NCBI GenBank assembly: GCA_027050205.1
Contig: JALUCS010000030.1
Span: 1-16,927, forward strand
Reading direction: 5' to 3'
Origin: a candidate division WOR-3 bacterium
GTDB taxonomy: Bacteria; Hydrothermota; Hydrothermia; LBFQ01
Length of the DNA stretch: 16,927 nt
A program made the position numbers and the translations under genes. Of the stretch, positions 1 to 7,424 are shown in pieces. The notes beneath the pieces are model-generated. The model was not told the origin of the DNA. It searched no databases and was given only the letters and a program-made list of their open reading frames with translations. How positions within the stretch are numbered: position 1 is the first letter of the stretch; each line of letters begins with the position of its first letter.

Positions 1-339
1 GTGGGGGCCGGGACTTTGAGGGTGGAGGTGGCTGACGACCCCTACGAGCGTTCCCTTGGCCTCATGTACCGCCGGGAGCTGCCCGAAGACAGGGGGATGC
101 TCTTCGTCTTCCCCTACCCGCAGAGGCTCTCCTTCTGGATGAAGAACACGTACGTACCCTTGAGCATAGCATACATCGGGAGCGACTGGGTGATAAGGGA
201 GATTTACGATATGGAGCCACTGAACGAGAGGCCTGTGGTGTCCCGGTACGCCGTCCAGTACGCCCTTGAAGTCAACCGTGGGTGGTTCAAGAGGCACGGA
301 GTTAAGGTAGGTGATACCGTAAGGTTCCCCTGTAAGTGA
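1..339 (+). CDS. DUF192 (UPF0127) family protein, probably 5'-truncated by the window edge
   Basis: Family motifs VEVADDPYERSLGLMYR, GMLFVF, FWMKNTYVPLSIAYI, YALEVNRGWF. The ORF begins at base 1, so the real start may lie upstream. Confidence 0.9.
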   Translation: MGAGTLRVEVADDPYERSLGLMYRRELPEDRGMLFVFPYPQRLSFWMKNTYVPLSIAYIGSDWVIREIYDMEPLNERPVVSRYAVQYALEVNRGWFKRHGVKVGDTVRFPCK

Positions 340-350
340 GCCGTCCGGTT

Positions 351-356
351 TAAAAT
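351..356 (+). promoter_or_regulatory. Putative -10 element (TAAAAT) 9 nt upstream of der ATG
   Basis: TAAAAT at 351-356 in the 26-nt gap after DUF192. No Shine-Dalgarno before ATG 366 and no clear -35. Confidence 0.5.
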
Positions 357-365
357 CCATAGATT

Positions 366-1682
366 ATGGAAGACGTGAAGGAGGAGACAAGGGAGGGGAG
401 GAGGGAGAACCCCCGCTACGCCAGAGAGCCGAAGAAGGTCCTGCTCGTCGGCAGGACTAACGTTGGCAAATCCACCCTCTTCAACCGCCTCATCGGGAAG
501 CCCCTCGCCATAACCTCGGACGTACCCGGCACGACGCGGGACGTGATATACAAGCCCGTGGAGTGGGGTGGCCGGATGTTCCTCCTCGCCGACAGCGGAG
601 GCGCCGGCGCCGGCGACAAGCTCGCCAACTACGTCTGGGACAGGGTCCGGGAGGCCATAAGGGAGGCCGATCTCGTCCTCCTGATGGTGGACGTAAAGAG
701 CGGGATCCTCCCCCTGGACGAGGAGCTGGCCCGAATGATAAAGAGGGCCGGAAAGAGGGCCTTCGTGGTGGTCAACAAGATAGACGCCACGAGCAAGGCC
801 GTGGCCACACCGGAGGAGTTCTACAAACTCGGATTTGAGGAGATATTCCCCATATCCGCCGCCCACGGATGGGGGGTCGGGGACCTGCTTGACGCCATAG
901 TTGAGGACATACCCCCGGAGTCCGTTAAGCACTTCAAAAAGGACAAGGTGAGGGTGGCCATACTCGGTCGCCCTAACGCCGGTAAATCCTCCATTTTAAA
1001 CTACTTCGCTGGGAAGCCCATAGCCATAGTGTCGCCGACGGCCGGGACGACGAGGGACGCCGTAGACGTTGAGCTGGAGGATATGATAGTCGTGGATACG
1101 GCCGGAATCACCCGGAAGTTCAAGGACGACCTCTCCTACTACGCCTATGTCAGGTCAAAGAGATCTCTGCGCTACGCCGAGGTGGGCTTGGTCGTGATAG
1201 ATGCCGAGGTGGGGGTCCATCACCTTGACAAGAAGATAGTGAAGATGGTGGTGGATGAGGGTAGGGGGCTGGTGATAGCCCTGAACAAGATAGACGTCCT
1301 CACGAAGAAGGAGAAGAAGGAGTTCTTCGCCCACGTGGAGGAGGAGCTGAAGTCCGTATGGTGGGCGCCCAAGGTCCCGGTCTCCGCCCTGACGGGGGAG
1401 GGGATGGACTACCTCCGGAGCGTCCTCAAGGGGGCCAGGTCCGGCATCTTCAAGCGGATATCCAAGAGGGACGCCCGCCGGCTTATAGACGAGCTTATGC
1501 GCCGGAACCTCCCGCCGGCCAAGATATACGACTTCTACCAGATAAGGAACCTACCCCCCACATTCCTGATAAAGGCCAAGGGGAAGATACCGGACTTCTA
1601 CCTCCGGTACATAGAGAACGCCCTAAGGGAGAGGTGGGGCTTCTTCGCCGCCCCCATCAAGTTCGTCGTGGAGGTACAGTAG
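366..1682 (+). CDS. der: Ribosome biogenesis GTPase Der (EngA)
   Basis: Two tandem G domains (GRTNVGKST/GTTRD/DSGG/NKID and GRPNAGKSS/GTTRD/DTAG/NKID) and a C-terminal KH-like domain (PPTF...YLRYIENALRERWGF..PI). Confidence 0.96.
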   Translation: MEDVKEETREGRRENPRYAREPKKVLLVGRTNVGKSTLFNRLIGKPLAITSDVPGTTRDVIYKPVEWGGRMFLLADSGGAGAGDKLANYVWDRVREAIREADLVLLMVDVKSGILPLDEELARMIKRAGKRAFVVVNKIDATSKAVATPEEFYKLGFEEIFPISAAHGWGVGDLLDAIVEDIPPESVKHFKKDKVRVAILGRPNAGKSSILNYFAGKPIAIVSPTAGTTRDAVDVELEDMIVVDTAGITRKFKDDLSYYAYVRSKRSLRYAEVGLVVIDAEVGVHHLDKKIVKMVVDEGRGLVIALNKIDVLTKKEKKEFFAHVEEELKSVWWAPKVPVSALTGEGMDYLRSVLKGARSGIFKRISKRDARRLIDELMRRNLPPAKIYDFYQIRNLPPTFLIKAKGKIPDFYLRYIENALRERWGFFAAPIKFVVEVQ

Positions 1683-2648
1683 TCATACCCACCCCCTCCG
1701 GTGAGTCCCCCCCATCTCCGTAAAGTATTCCACCGTACGTCTTATGCCCTCCTCAAGGGAGACCTGCGGCTTCCAGCCCAACACCTCCCTAGCCTTGCGG
1801 TTGTCCGATACGAGGTTGAAGACCTCCATACGCTGGGGACGGACTAGGCTCCTATCCTGAATCACCTTCAGCTCCTTCCCCAGTACCTTAGCCACCACCT
1901 CCACCACCTCCCTTACGGAGAAGCTCCTGCCCGTGCCGAGGTTTATCTCGTCCGCCCCCTCCGTTTCCCTCTTGAGGGCGAGGATGAGCGCCCTGACCGT
2001 GTCCTTCACGTAGGTGAAGTCCCTCCTCGGCTTCAGGTTTCCGAGCCTGACCGTATCTCCTTTGAGGGCCTGAACTATTATCCAAGGGATGAGGGCGCGG
2101 GGGGACTGGCGGGGGCCGTAGGTGTTGAAGGGCCGCACTATGAGGGTGTTGAGGCCGTAGGCGTAGTAGAAGCTCTTCACCATAGCGTCCGCCCCCACTT
2201 TGCTGGCAGCGTAGGGGGAGCGGGGGAGCCTACGGGAGTCCTCCGATAGGGGGGTGTCGCTACCGCCGAATATCTCGCTCGTTGAGACGTGTATCACCTT
2301 CCCGACGCCGGCGTCCAAGGAGGCCTTGAGGACGTTGGCCGTACCTACGACGTTGTTCATAGCGAAGTCTATGGGGTTCTGGAAGGAGTAGGGAACGGAG
2401 ATCTGGGCGGCGAGGTGGAGGACGGCATCCACCCCCTCCGTGGCCCTCGCCACCGACGTGAGGTCCCTAACGTCCCCCCAGTACATCTCCAACCTCTCCA
2501 GGACCTCCGGTGGGAGGTGGGACAGGTTCCCTATGTAGCCCGTTGAGTTGTACCTAAGGAAGACCCGGACTTCAAACCCCTCCGCCACCAACTCCTCAAC
2601 GAGATGGGAGCCTATGAACCCGCTGGCCCCCGTAACGAGGACCCTCAT
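1683..2648 (-). CDS. NAD-dependent nucleotide-sugar epimerase/4,6-dehydratase (extended SDR, LegB-like)
   Basis: TGASGFIGSHL Rossmann motif, HLAA, STSE, YAASK catalytic motif, RPFNTYGPRQS, RDFTYVKD. The RYNS motif after beta-2 resembles LegB-type dehydratases. Substrate not determinable. Confidence 0.88.
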   Translation of the reverse strand: MRVLVTGASGFIGSHLVEELVAEGFEVRVFLRYNSTGYIGNLSHLPPEVLERLEMYWGDVRDLTSVARATEGVDAVLHLAAQISVPYSFQNPIDFAMNNVVGTANVLKASLDAGVGKVIHVSTSEIFGGSDTPLSEDSRRLPRSPYAASKVGADAMVKSFYYAYGLNTLIVRPFNTYGPRQSPRALIPWIIVQALKGDTVRLGNLKPRRDFTYVKDTVRALILALKRETEGADEINLGTGRSFSVREVVEVVAKVLGKELKVIQDRSLVRPQRMEVFNLVSDNRKAREVLGWKPQVSLEEGIRRTVEYFTEMGGTHRRGWV

Positions 2649-3343
2649 TCCGCAAGGGCCTCCCCTATCTTCCGGAACTCTCTCGGCCTAAGGCTCGCCC
2701 CACCTACCAGGAAGCCGTCCACGTTGGGTACGGCGGCCAACTCTCTGGCGTTCCTCTCCTTCACGCTCCCGCCATAGAGGACCTTAAGGCCCACCTTGGC
2801 CTTTATGAAGGCGTGCATCTCCTCTATCTGCTCCGGCGTGGCGTTTCTGCCCGTCCCTATCGCCCACACTGGCTCGTAGGCCACCACAACGTTTTCGGAG
2901 ACGGGGACGTAGGACAGCTGCTCCTCCACCACCTGAAGGTGCCGACCGGCCTCACGGTCGGGGAGCTTCTCACCCACGCAGTATATAACCCGCAGACCGG
3001 CCTTGAGGGCGGCCTCCGCCTTCCTCCTTACGATCTCGTCCGTCTCCCCTATGACGTTCCTCCTCTCGGAGTGTCCGACTATCACCCAGGTCGCCCCTAC
3101 GCTCTTGAGCATTAAGGGGGACACCTCCCCTGTGAAGGCCCCCTTCTCCTCGTAGAAGACGTCCTGGGCGCCGAGTTCTATGCCTCTAAGCTTCAGCAGG
3201 GGGAGATAGACGAAGGGGGGAAAGAGGAGCTTGGTCAGGGGTAGCCCCTCCAAAAGCCCCTCCATCTCCGCCGCGAGCTTCAAGGCCTCCTCCTTCGTAG
3301 GAGGGTTCATCTTCCAGTTGGCTGCTAAGATTCTTCCTTCCAT
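2645..3343 (-). CDS. tpiA: Triosephosphate isomerase (232 aa; start reassigned to ATG 3343, MEGRILAANWKMN)
   Basis: ANWKMN, GAFTGEVS, GHSERR, AYEPVWAIGTG, LYGGSV, DGFLVGGASL. The first 49 codons of the tracked ORF lie inside the PqqD gene. Confidence 0.97.
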   Translation of the reverse strand: MEGRILAANWKMNPPTKEEALKLAAEMEGLLEGLPLTKLLFPPFVYLPLLKLRGIELGAQDVFYEEKGAFTGEVSPLMLKSVGATWVIVGHSERRNVIGETDEIVRRKAEAALKAGLRVIYCVGEKLPDREAGRHLQVVEEQLSYVPVSENVVVAYEPVWAIGTGRNATPEQIEEMHAFIKAKVGLKVLYGGSVKERNARELAAVPNVDGFLVGGASLRPREFRKIGEALAE

Positions 3344-3594
3344 ATCACTCCTACCTCCTCTAACTCTTTCAGGAACTCCCTTACGTCCCCCTCCACCTCC
3401 CGTTGGGGAACCCCGTACTCCCTCGCCACCGCCTCCACTATCCCCTCGTAGGTGTCCGTTCCGGAGTCTATCAGGTAGAGGATGTACCAACCGGTGTAGT
3501 TCAGGACGAGGGTGTGGCCGCTCTCCGGGTCCCAGACTACCATCTTGTCCTCCATCGTCTGAAAGACGGCCTTGGGGTTGAGGACGTATCTCAT
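3325..3594 (-). CDS. Stand-alone PqqD-family protein (RiPP recognition element fold)
   Basis: 89 aa with PqqD pattern: beta strands (MVVWDPESGHTLVLN), then LNYTGWYILYLIDSG...EGIVEAVAREYGV....VEGDVREFLKELEEVGVI. ATGA overlap with the upstream gene's stop. Confidence 0.85.
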   Translation of the reverse strand: MRYVLNPKAVFQTMEDKMVVWDPESGHTLVLNYTGWYILYLIDSGTDTYEGIVEAVAREYGVPQREVEGDVREFLKELEEVGVIWKEES

Positions 3595-4133
3595 TTCTTT
3601 ATGAAGGTGGTATATACGAGTATGCCGAGGCTAAGGGCGTTCATTGCTATGGGTAGGAACTCCTTGAGGGAGGCCCACCTTGACCTCGGTACGACTATCC
3701 TGTCCCCCGGATGGACCCTCGGGTTGTCAAGCCGTAGGTTTATCCGCTTACCGTTTAGGAGGACCCCGTCCAGGTCCGCGGAGGGCAAGGCCCCGGCGAG
3801 GGTGATGGCGTCGGCAACGGTCATCCCCTTGACGTAGGAAACTGTCCCCGGTTTCCGAACCTCCCCCAGAACCACCACCCCGCTGGGCCTTAGGTTCTTG
3901 AAGGAGACGACGACGGGGAGGGAGTAGTAAGGTTTCAGGAGGACGGAGAGGGTATCGGCGAGGGAGTCCGGAGTCATACCGCACACCTTGAGGTTTCCGA
4001 CGAGGGGGAAGAAAGCCGTACAGTCATCTAGGACGGCCACCTCAAACTTGTACTCCTTGGTGCCAAAGACCCCGACGAGGAGGACGTCTCCCTGCTCTAT
4101 CTTCAGGGAGGTCAGGAGGAGTAGGTACGTCAA
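3591..4133 (-). CDS. Polysaccharide export protein, Wza/Poly_export + SLBB domain (short form)
   Basis: GDVLLVGVFG, FPLVGNLKVCGMT..L...L, VVVLGEVRKPG, MTVADAITLAG, HPGDRIVVP and a C-terminal hydrophobic helix. TTG start overlaps the upstream TGA (TTGA) after an AAGGAGAGG SD. Confidence 0.85.
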   Translation of the reverse strand: MTYLLLLTSLKIEQGDVLLVGVFGTKEYKFEVAVLDDCTAFFPLVGNLKVCGMTPDSLADTLSVLLKPYYSLPVVVSFKNLRPSGVVVLGEVRKPGTVSYVKGMTVADAITLAGALPSADLDGVLLNGKRINLRLDNPRVHPGDRIVVPRSRWASLKEFLPIAMNALSLGILVYTTFIKK

Positions 4134-4975
4134 TACCTCTCCTTGTACCAGGTGAACCTGACGCCGGCCTTGATGGACGCGTTGTTGTAGCCCACCCTGA
4201 CCTGGTCGTAATGCTCCTTGTATCCGGGGTTGAGACCGGCGAGGAGGATGTTAGCCTTCATAGCAGAGTACCTGCTCTCTACGAAGAAGCTCAACCACGG
4301 GGAGGCGTAGAAGTCAAGGCCGAGGGAGGCGGAGAAGCACAGGGTGTTGCCCGTACCGGAGGCGTAGCCGAGAGGGTCCCTGGACTCAAAGGACACCTGC
4401 GCCCAACCTACCCTTCCTCCGGCCCAAGGGAGGAACCCCCTGCCTTCGGAGTAGAGGCTCTCCAGCTCCAGGTAGAACTTCCCGGATATACCCATAGATA
4501 GGTAGCGAACGTCGGAGTTGGGGACGGGCAGAGGCTCGCTGTTCTTAACGGCTCCGCTGGAGGTATCGGGGAACGGTATGCCGTACCCGAAGGCAAACCT
4601 GCGGGAGGCGACCGTGAAACCGATGTAGGTCCAGGAGTAGGGGTTGCGGTAGTGGGCGAGGGTGACGGCTATGTCCTGGAAGAAGGAGGTATCGGTGTAG
4701 GTGGTCTCGGCGAAGGAGGGTTTCCACGCGTAGAAGTATCCCTCCTGGAAGTCCGCGCTGACGCCCCACGTGTTCCACCTTACGAACCCTCCACCTCCGA
4801 AGTGGGAAGACGCCGAGGAGAGACCCTTCGTTACGTAGCTGGACTTGAAGCTGTAGATGGTCATAACCCTCTCCTCGTAGTCCGCGGAACCGTATCCGTA
4901 TATCCCAACGTATATGGCGTTGGGCCCCGTCATCCACGGGGGTAGGTTAGAAGCTGTTATCATTAAGCCTATCAT
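4130..4975 (-). CDS. Putative outer-membrane beta-barrel protein of unknown function
   Basis: Gly/aromatic-rich alternating strands. The C-terminal LPWAGGRVGWAQV...FSASLGLDFY..WLSFFVESRY...SIKAGVRFTW is typical of OMP beta-barrels. Confidence 0.65.
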   Translation of the reverse strand: MIGLMITASNLPPWMTGPNAIYVGIYGYGSADYEERVMTIYSFKSSYVTKGLSSASSHFGGGGFVRWNTWGVSADFQEGYFYAWKPSFAETTYTDTSFFQDIAVTLAHYRNPYSWTYIGFTVASRRFAFGYGIPFPDTSSGAVKNSEPLPVPNSDVRYLSMGISGKFYLELESLYSEGRGFLPWAGGRVGWAQVSFESRDPLGYASGTGNTLCFSASLGLDFYASPWLSFFVESRYSAMKANILLAGLNPGYKEHYDQVRVGYNNASIKAGVRFTWYKERY

Positions 4976-4978
4976 ATT

Positions 4979-6226
4979 CTACCTCCTGTGTGCTAAACTG
5001 CCCTTCGCGAAGGTCAAGATGACCCTTCCCCGCAGCACCTCTCCCAAGAAGGGGTTGTTCCTGCTCTTGGAGGCGAGGTCCTCCTCCTTTACCCTCCACT
5101 CGGCCTTAGGGTCAAAGACGAAGAGGTTGGCCTCCCGGCCTTCCTCTATGGCTACGCTCACGCCTAAGAACCGGGCCGGCCTCCCGGACATAAGGGAGAC
5201 GAGGTCCTTCAGGGAGACCTCGCCCGTCTCCACCAAGTGGGTGTATAGGGCGGAGAAGGCCGTCTCCAACCCCTCAATACCGGGTAGGGCGTCCGTTAAT
5301 GGGGCCTCCTTCTCGTAGGGGGCGTGGGGGGCGTGATCCGTGGCTACGAAGTCTATGAAGCCCGCCTTCAGAGCCTCCACCAAGGCCCTCCTGTCCTCCT
5401 CGGACCTTATGGGGGGATTCACCCGGAAGACCGGGTCGTAGAAGGGGATCTTCTCCGTTGAGAATAGTAGGTGGTGGGGGGTGACCTCAACCGTCACCCT
5501 TACCCCCCTCTCCCGGAAGGTGCCTATCACCTCAAGGCTCTCCTTAGCAGAAACGTGGGCGATGTGGATGTGGGCGCCCGTTATCTCGGCCATACGGACG
5601 TCCCGGTAGACGGCCAACTCCTCGGCGAGGGGCATTCGGAACTTCATCCCGTACTTGAGGTTGATAGGGTCGTAATGGGCGAAGCCCTTGGACAGTTCCG
5701 GCACCTCCGCGTGGGTTATTACGGGGAGGCCGAGGTGGGAGGCGTAGAGCAAGGCGTTAAACATAACGGCCGGATTGGAGACCCAACTACCGTCGTCCGA
5801 GAAGGCTACCGCCCCCTCCTCCTTCAGCAGGCCCATCTCCACCAGCTCCTTCCCCTCCCTCCCCTTCGTTATGGCGGCCACGAAGTGCATCCGTACCGGT
5901 AGGGTTTCGGCCTTGGCCTTCAGGCCCCGTAGAACTTCTGGTCGGTCTACGGGCGGGGAGGTGTTGGGCATTACGGCTATATGGGCGTACCCCCCTACGG
6001 CAGCCGCTTGTGAAACGCTATGCAGGTCCTCCTTGTACTCCTGCCCCGGTTCCCTCGCGTGGACGTGGGGGTCTACGAGGGCGGGTAGGACGTAAGCCCC
6101 TTTGAGGTCTATGACCTCGTCCGCCCCTTCCGATACGTCCCCCACCTTCACTATCCTGCCGTCCTCTATAAGAACGTCGGCGGGGGACTCCCCGTAGAGA
6201 AGCCCCCCCTTGAGCAGGTACCTCAT
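4979..6226 (-). CDS. pyrC: Dihydroorotase (long, amidohydrolase type)
   Basis: DPHVHAREPG, MPNTSP, FSDDG, THAE, HIAHVS, EVTPHHL, VNPP, ATDHAPH, SKSRNNPF. Confidence 0.95.
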   Translation of the reverse strand: MRYLLKGGLLYGESPADVLIEDGRIVKVGDVSEGADEVIDLKGAYVLPALVDPHVHAREPGQEYKEDLHSVSQAAAVGGYAHIAVMPNTSPPVDRPEVLRGLKAKAETLPVRMHFVAAITKGREGKELVEMGLLKEEGAVAFSDDGSWVSNPAVMFNALLYASHLGLPVITHAEVPELSKGFAHYDPINLKYGMKFRMPLAEELAVYRDVRMAEITGAHIHIAHVSAKESLEVIGTFRERGVRVTVEVTPHHLLFSTEKIPFYDPVFRVNPPIRSEEDRRALVEALKAGFIDFVATDHAPHAPYEKEAPLTDALPGIEGLETAFSALYTHLVETGEVSLKDLVSLMSGRPARFLGVSVAIEEGREANLFVFDPKAEWRVKEEDLASKSRNNPFLGEVLRGRVILTFAKGSLAHRR

Positions 6227-7359
6227 AGCGTGGGCGATATCGCCAACCTTCTTACGAACTGGAAGCCTATATCCGAGAAGCGCATCATTACGACGCTCTT
6301 GGTCTCCGGGTCCCTGGTCTCGTCGGACAGCTCTATGTTCCCCGTGACGCCCCTGACGTCTATGCTGGCGGCGGCCGTCTTTATGTCGTCCGGCGTTAGG
6401 GTGGCCCTAGCCCGGCTTACGATGTCAGCCACCACGAGGAAGGCGTCGTATCCGAGAGCGGCGAAGGAGGAGGCCTCCTCGTTGTACTCGTTTTTGTATG
6501 CTTCGGCGAACTCCGAGGACAGGGGGTCGTAGGGGTTGAAGTGCGTCACGTAGTAGTTCTCACCGGCCGGTTTCCCAACGGCCTTGACGAGGTCGGGGAC
6601 GTCCCACCCGTCGGCTCCGAGGATGTAGCCAGTGTATCCGGAATCCCTAAGGGTCCTTATGACCTTGGCGGCTACATCGTAGTAGAACGGGGCCAGAACG
6701 GCCGTACTCTCCAGAGGGACCGTAAAGGACGAGAGGATATCCTTAACCTTCGCCGGAATCTCCCCTTCGTTCCCCAAAGACACCACGTTTACGACCTTAA
6801 GTCCGTGCCTGTCCGCCCATTTCTGGAAGTAGTCCCCTATCTCCTGCGAGTAGGTATCTCCCTTCTTCTCCAAGACCACGGCCTCCTTAACACCGAGGAA
6901 GCTCTGCCCCATATAAGCCGACGCTACGGCCATGTGCTTGTTGGTGACGCATATCCGCCAGATCCAGTCCGTCCCCTTCGTTATACCGTTGGCCGTCGCC
7001 GTAGGTACGATGGTGGGTAGCTTGAGGCGATTGACCGCATCCTTTATGGCAAGGGCCTCCCCACTGGTTATGGGACCTATGACGATCTTCGCCCCCTTCT
7101 TCTTCAGCTCCTCAAGGGCGGCGGGGGCGTCGGCGGGGTCACCGTCGTACTTCTCCGGGAGGACGAACTCCACCCTGTGCTTGTTGACGCGGAAGTTCCT
7201 CTGCTTCGCGGCGAGGTAGATACCGTCCTTCACCTGCTTGGAGTAGGTGGCTATGTCTCCAGAGGCGTTCGTGGGTATAAGGAGACCCACCTTAACGACC
7301 CTTTCAGCAGGCTGGCACCCAAGAACGGTTAATGCTAGCGCCAGAAGTAGCTTCCTCAT
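6223..7359 (-). CDS. Branched-chain amino-acid ABC transporter substrate-binding lipoprotein (LivJ/LivK family)
   Basis: Lipobox VLGC after MRKLLLALALT; VKVGLLIP, IVIGPITS, ILGADGW, AALGYDA, GVTGNI. No permease or ATPase adjacent. Confidence 0.88.
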   Translation of the reverse strand: MRKLLLALALTVLGCQPAERVVKVGLLIPTNASGDIATYSKQVKDGIYLAAKQRNFRVNKHRVEFVLPEKYDGDPADAPAALEELKKKGAKIVIGPITSGEALAIKDAVNRLKLPTIVPTATANGITKGTDWIWRICVTNKHMAVASAYMGQSFLGVKEAVVLEKKGDTYSQEIGDYFQKWADRHGLKVVNVVSLGNEGEIPAKVKDILSSFTVPLESTAVLAPFYYDVAAKVIRTLRDSGYTGYILGADGWDVPDLVKAVGKPAGENYYVTHFNPYDPLSSEFAEAYKNEYNEEASSFAALGYDAFLVVADIVSRARATLTPDDIKTAAASIDVRGVTGNIELSDETRDPETKSVVMMRFSDIGFQFVRRLAISPTL

Positions 7360-7424
7360 ATTGGCCGGTATTATAGACCCGAAACGGGGAGGGAAGGACG
7401 GCTTTATCCACCGTAGAATTCCAG
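7360..7424. promoter_or_regulatory. Divergent promoter region with -10 boxes close to both start codons
   Basis: Minus strand TATAAT (7375-7370) is 10 nt before ATG 7359. Plus strand TAGAAT (7414-7419) is 5 nt before ATG 7425. No SD between box and start on either side. Confidence 0.6.

Noticed and set aside
3344..3490. Gly-rich 49-aa N-terminal extension of TpiA in the ORF track
   Set aside because: It is an alternative frame of the PqqD gene; TPI homology begins at ATG 3343.
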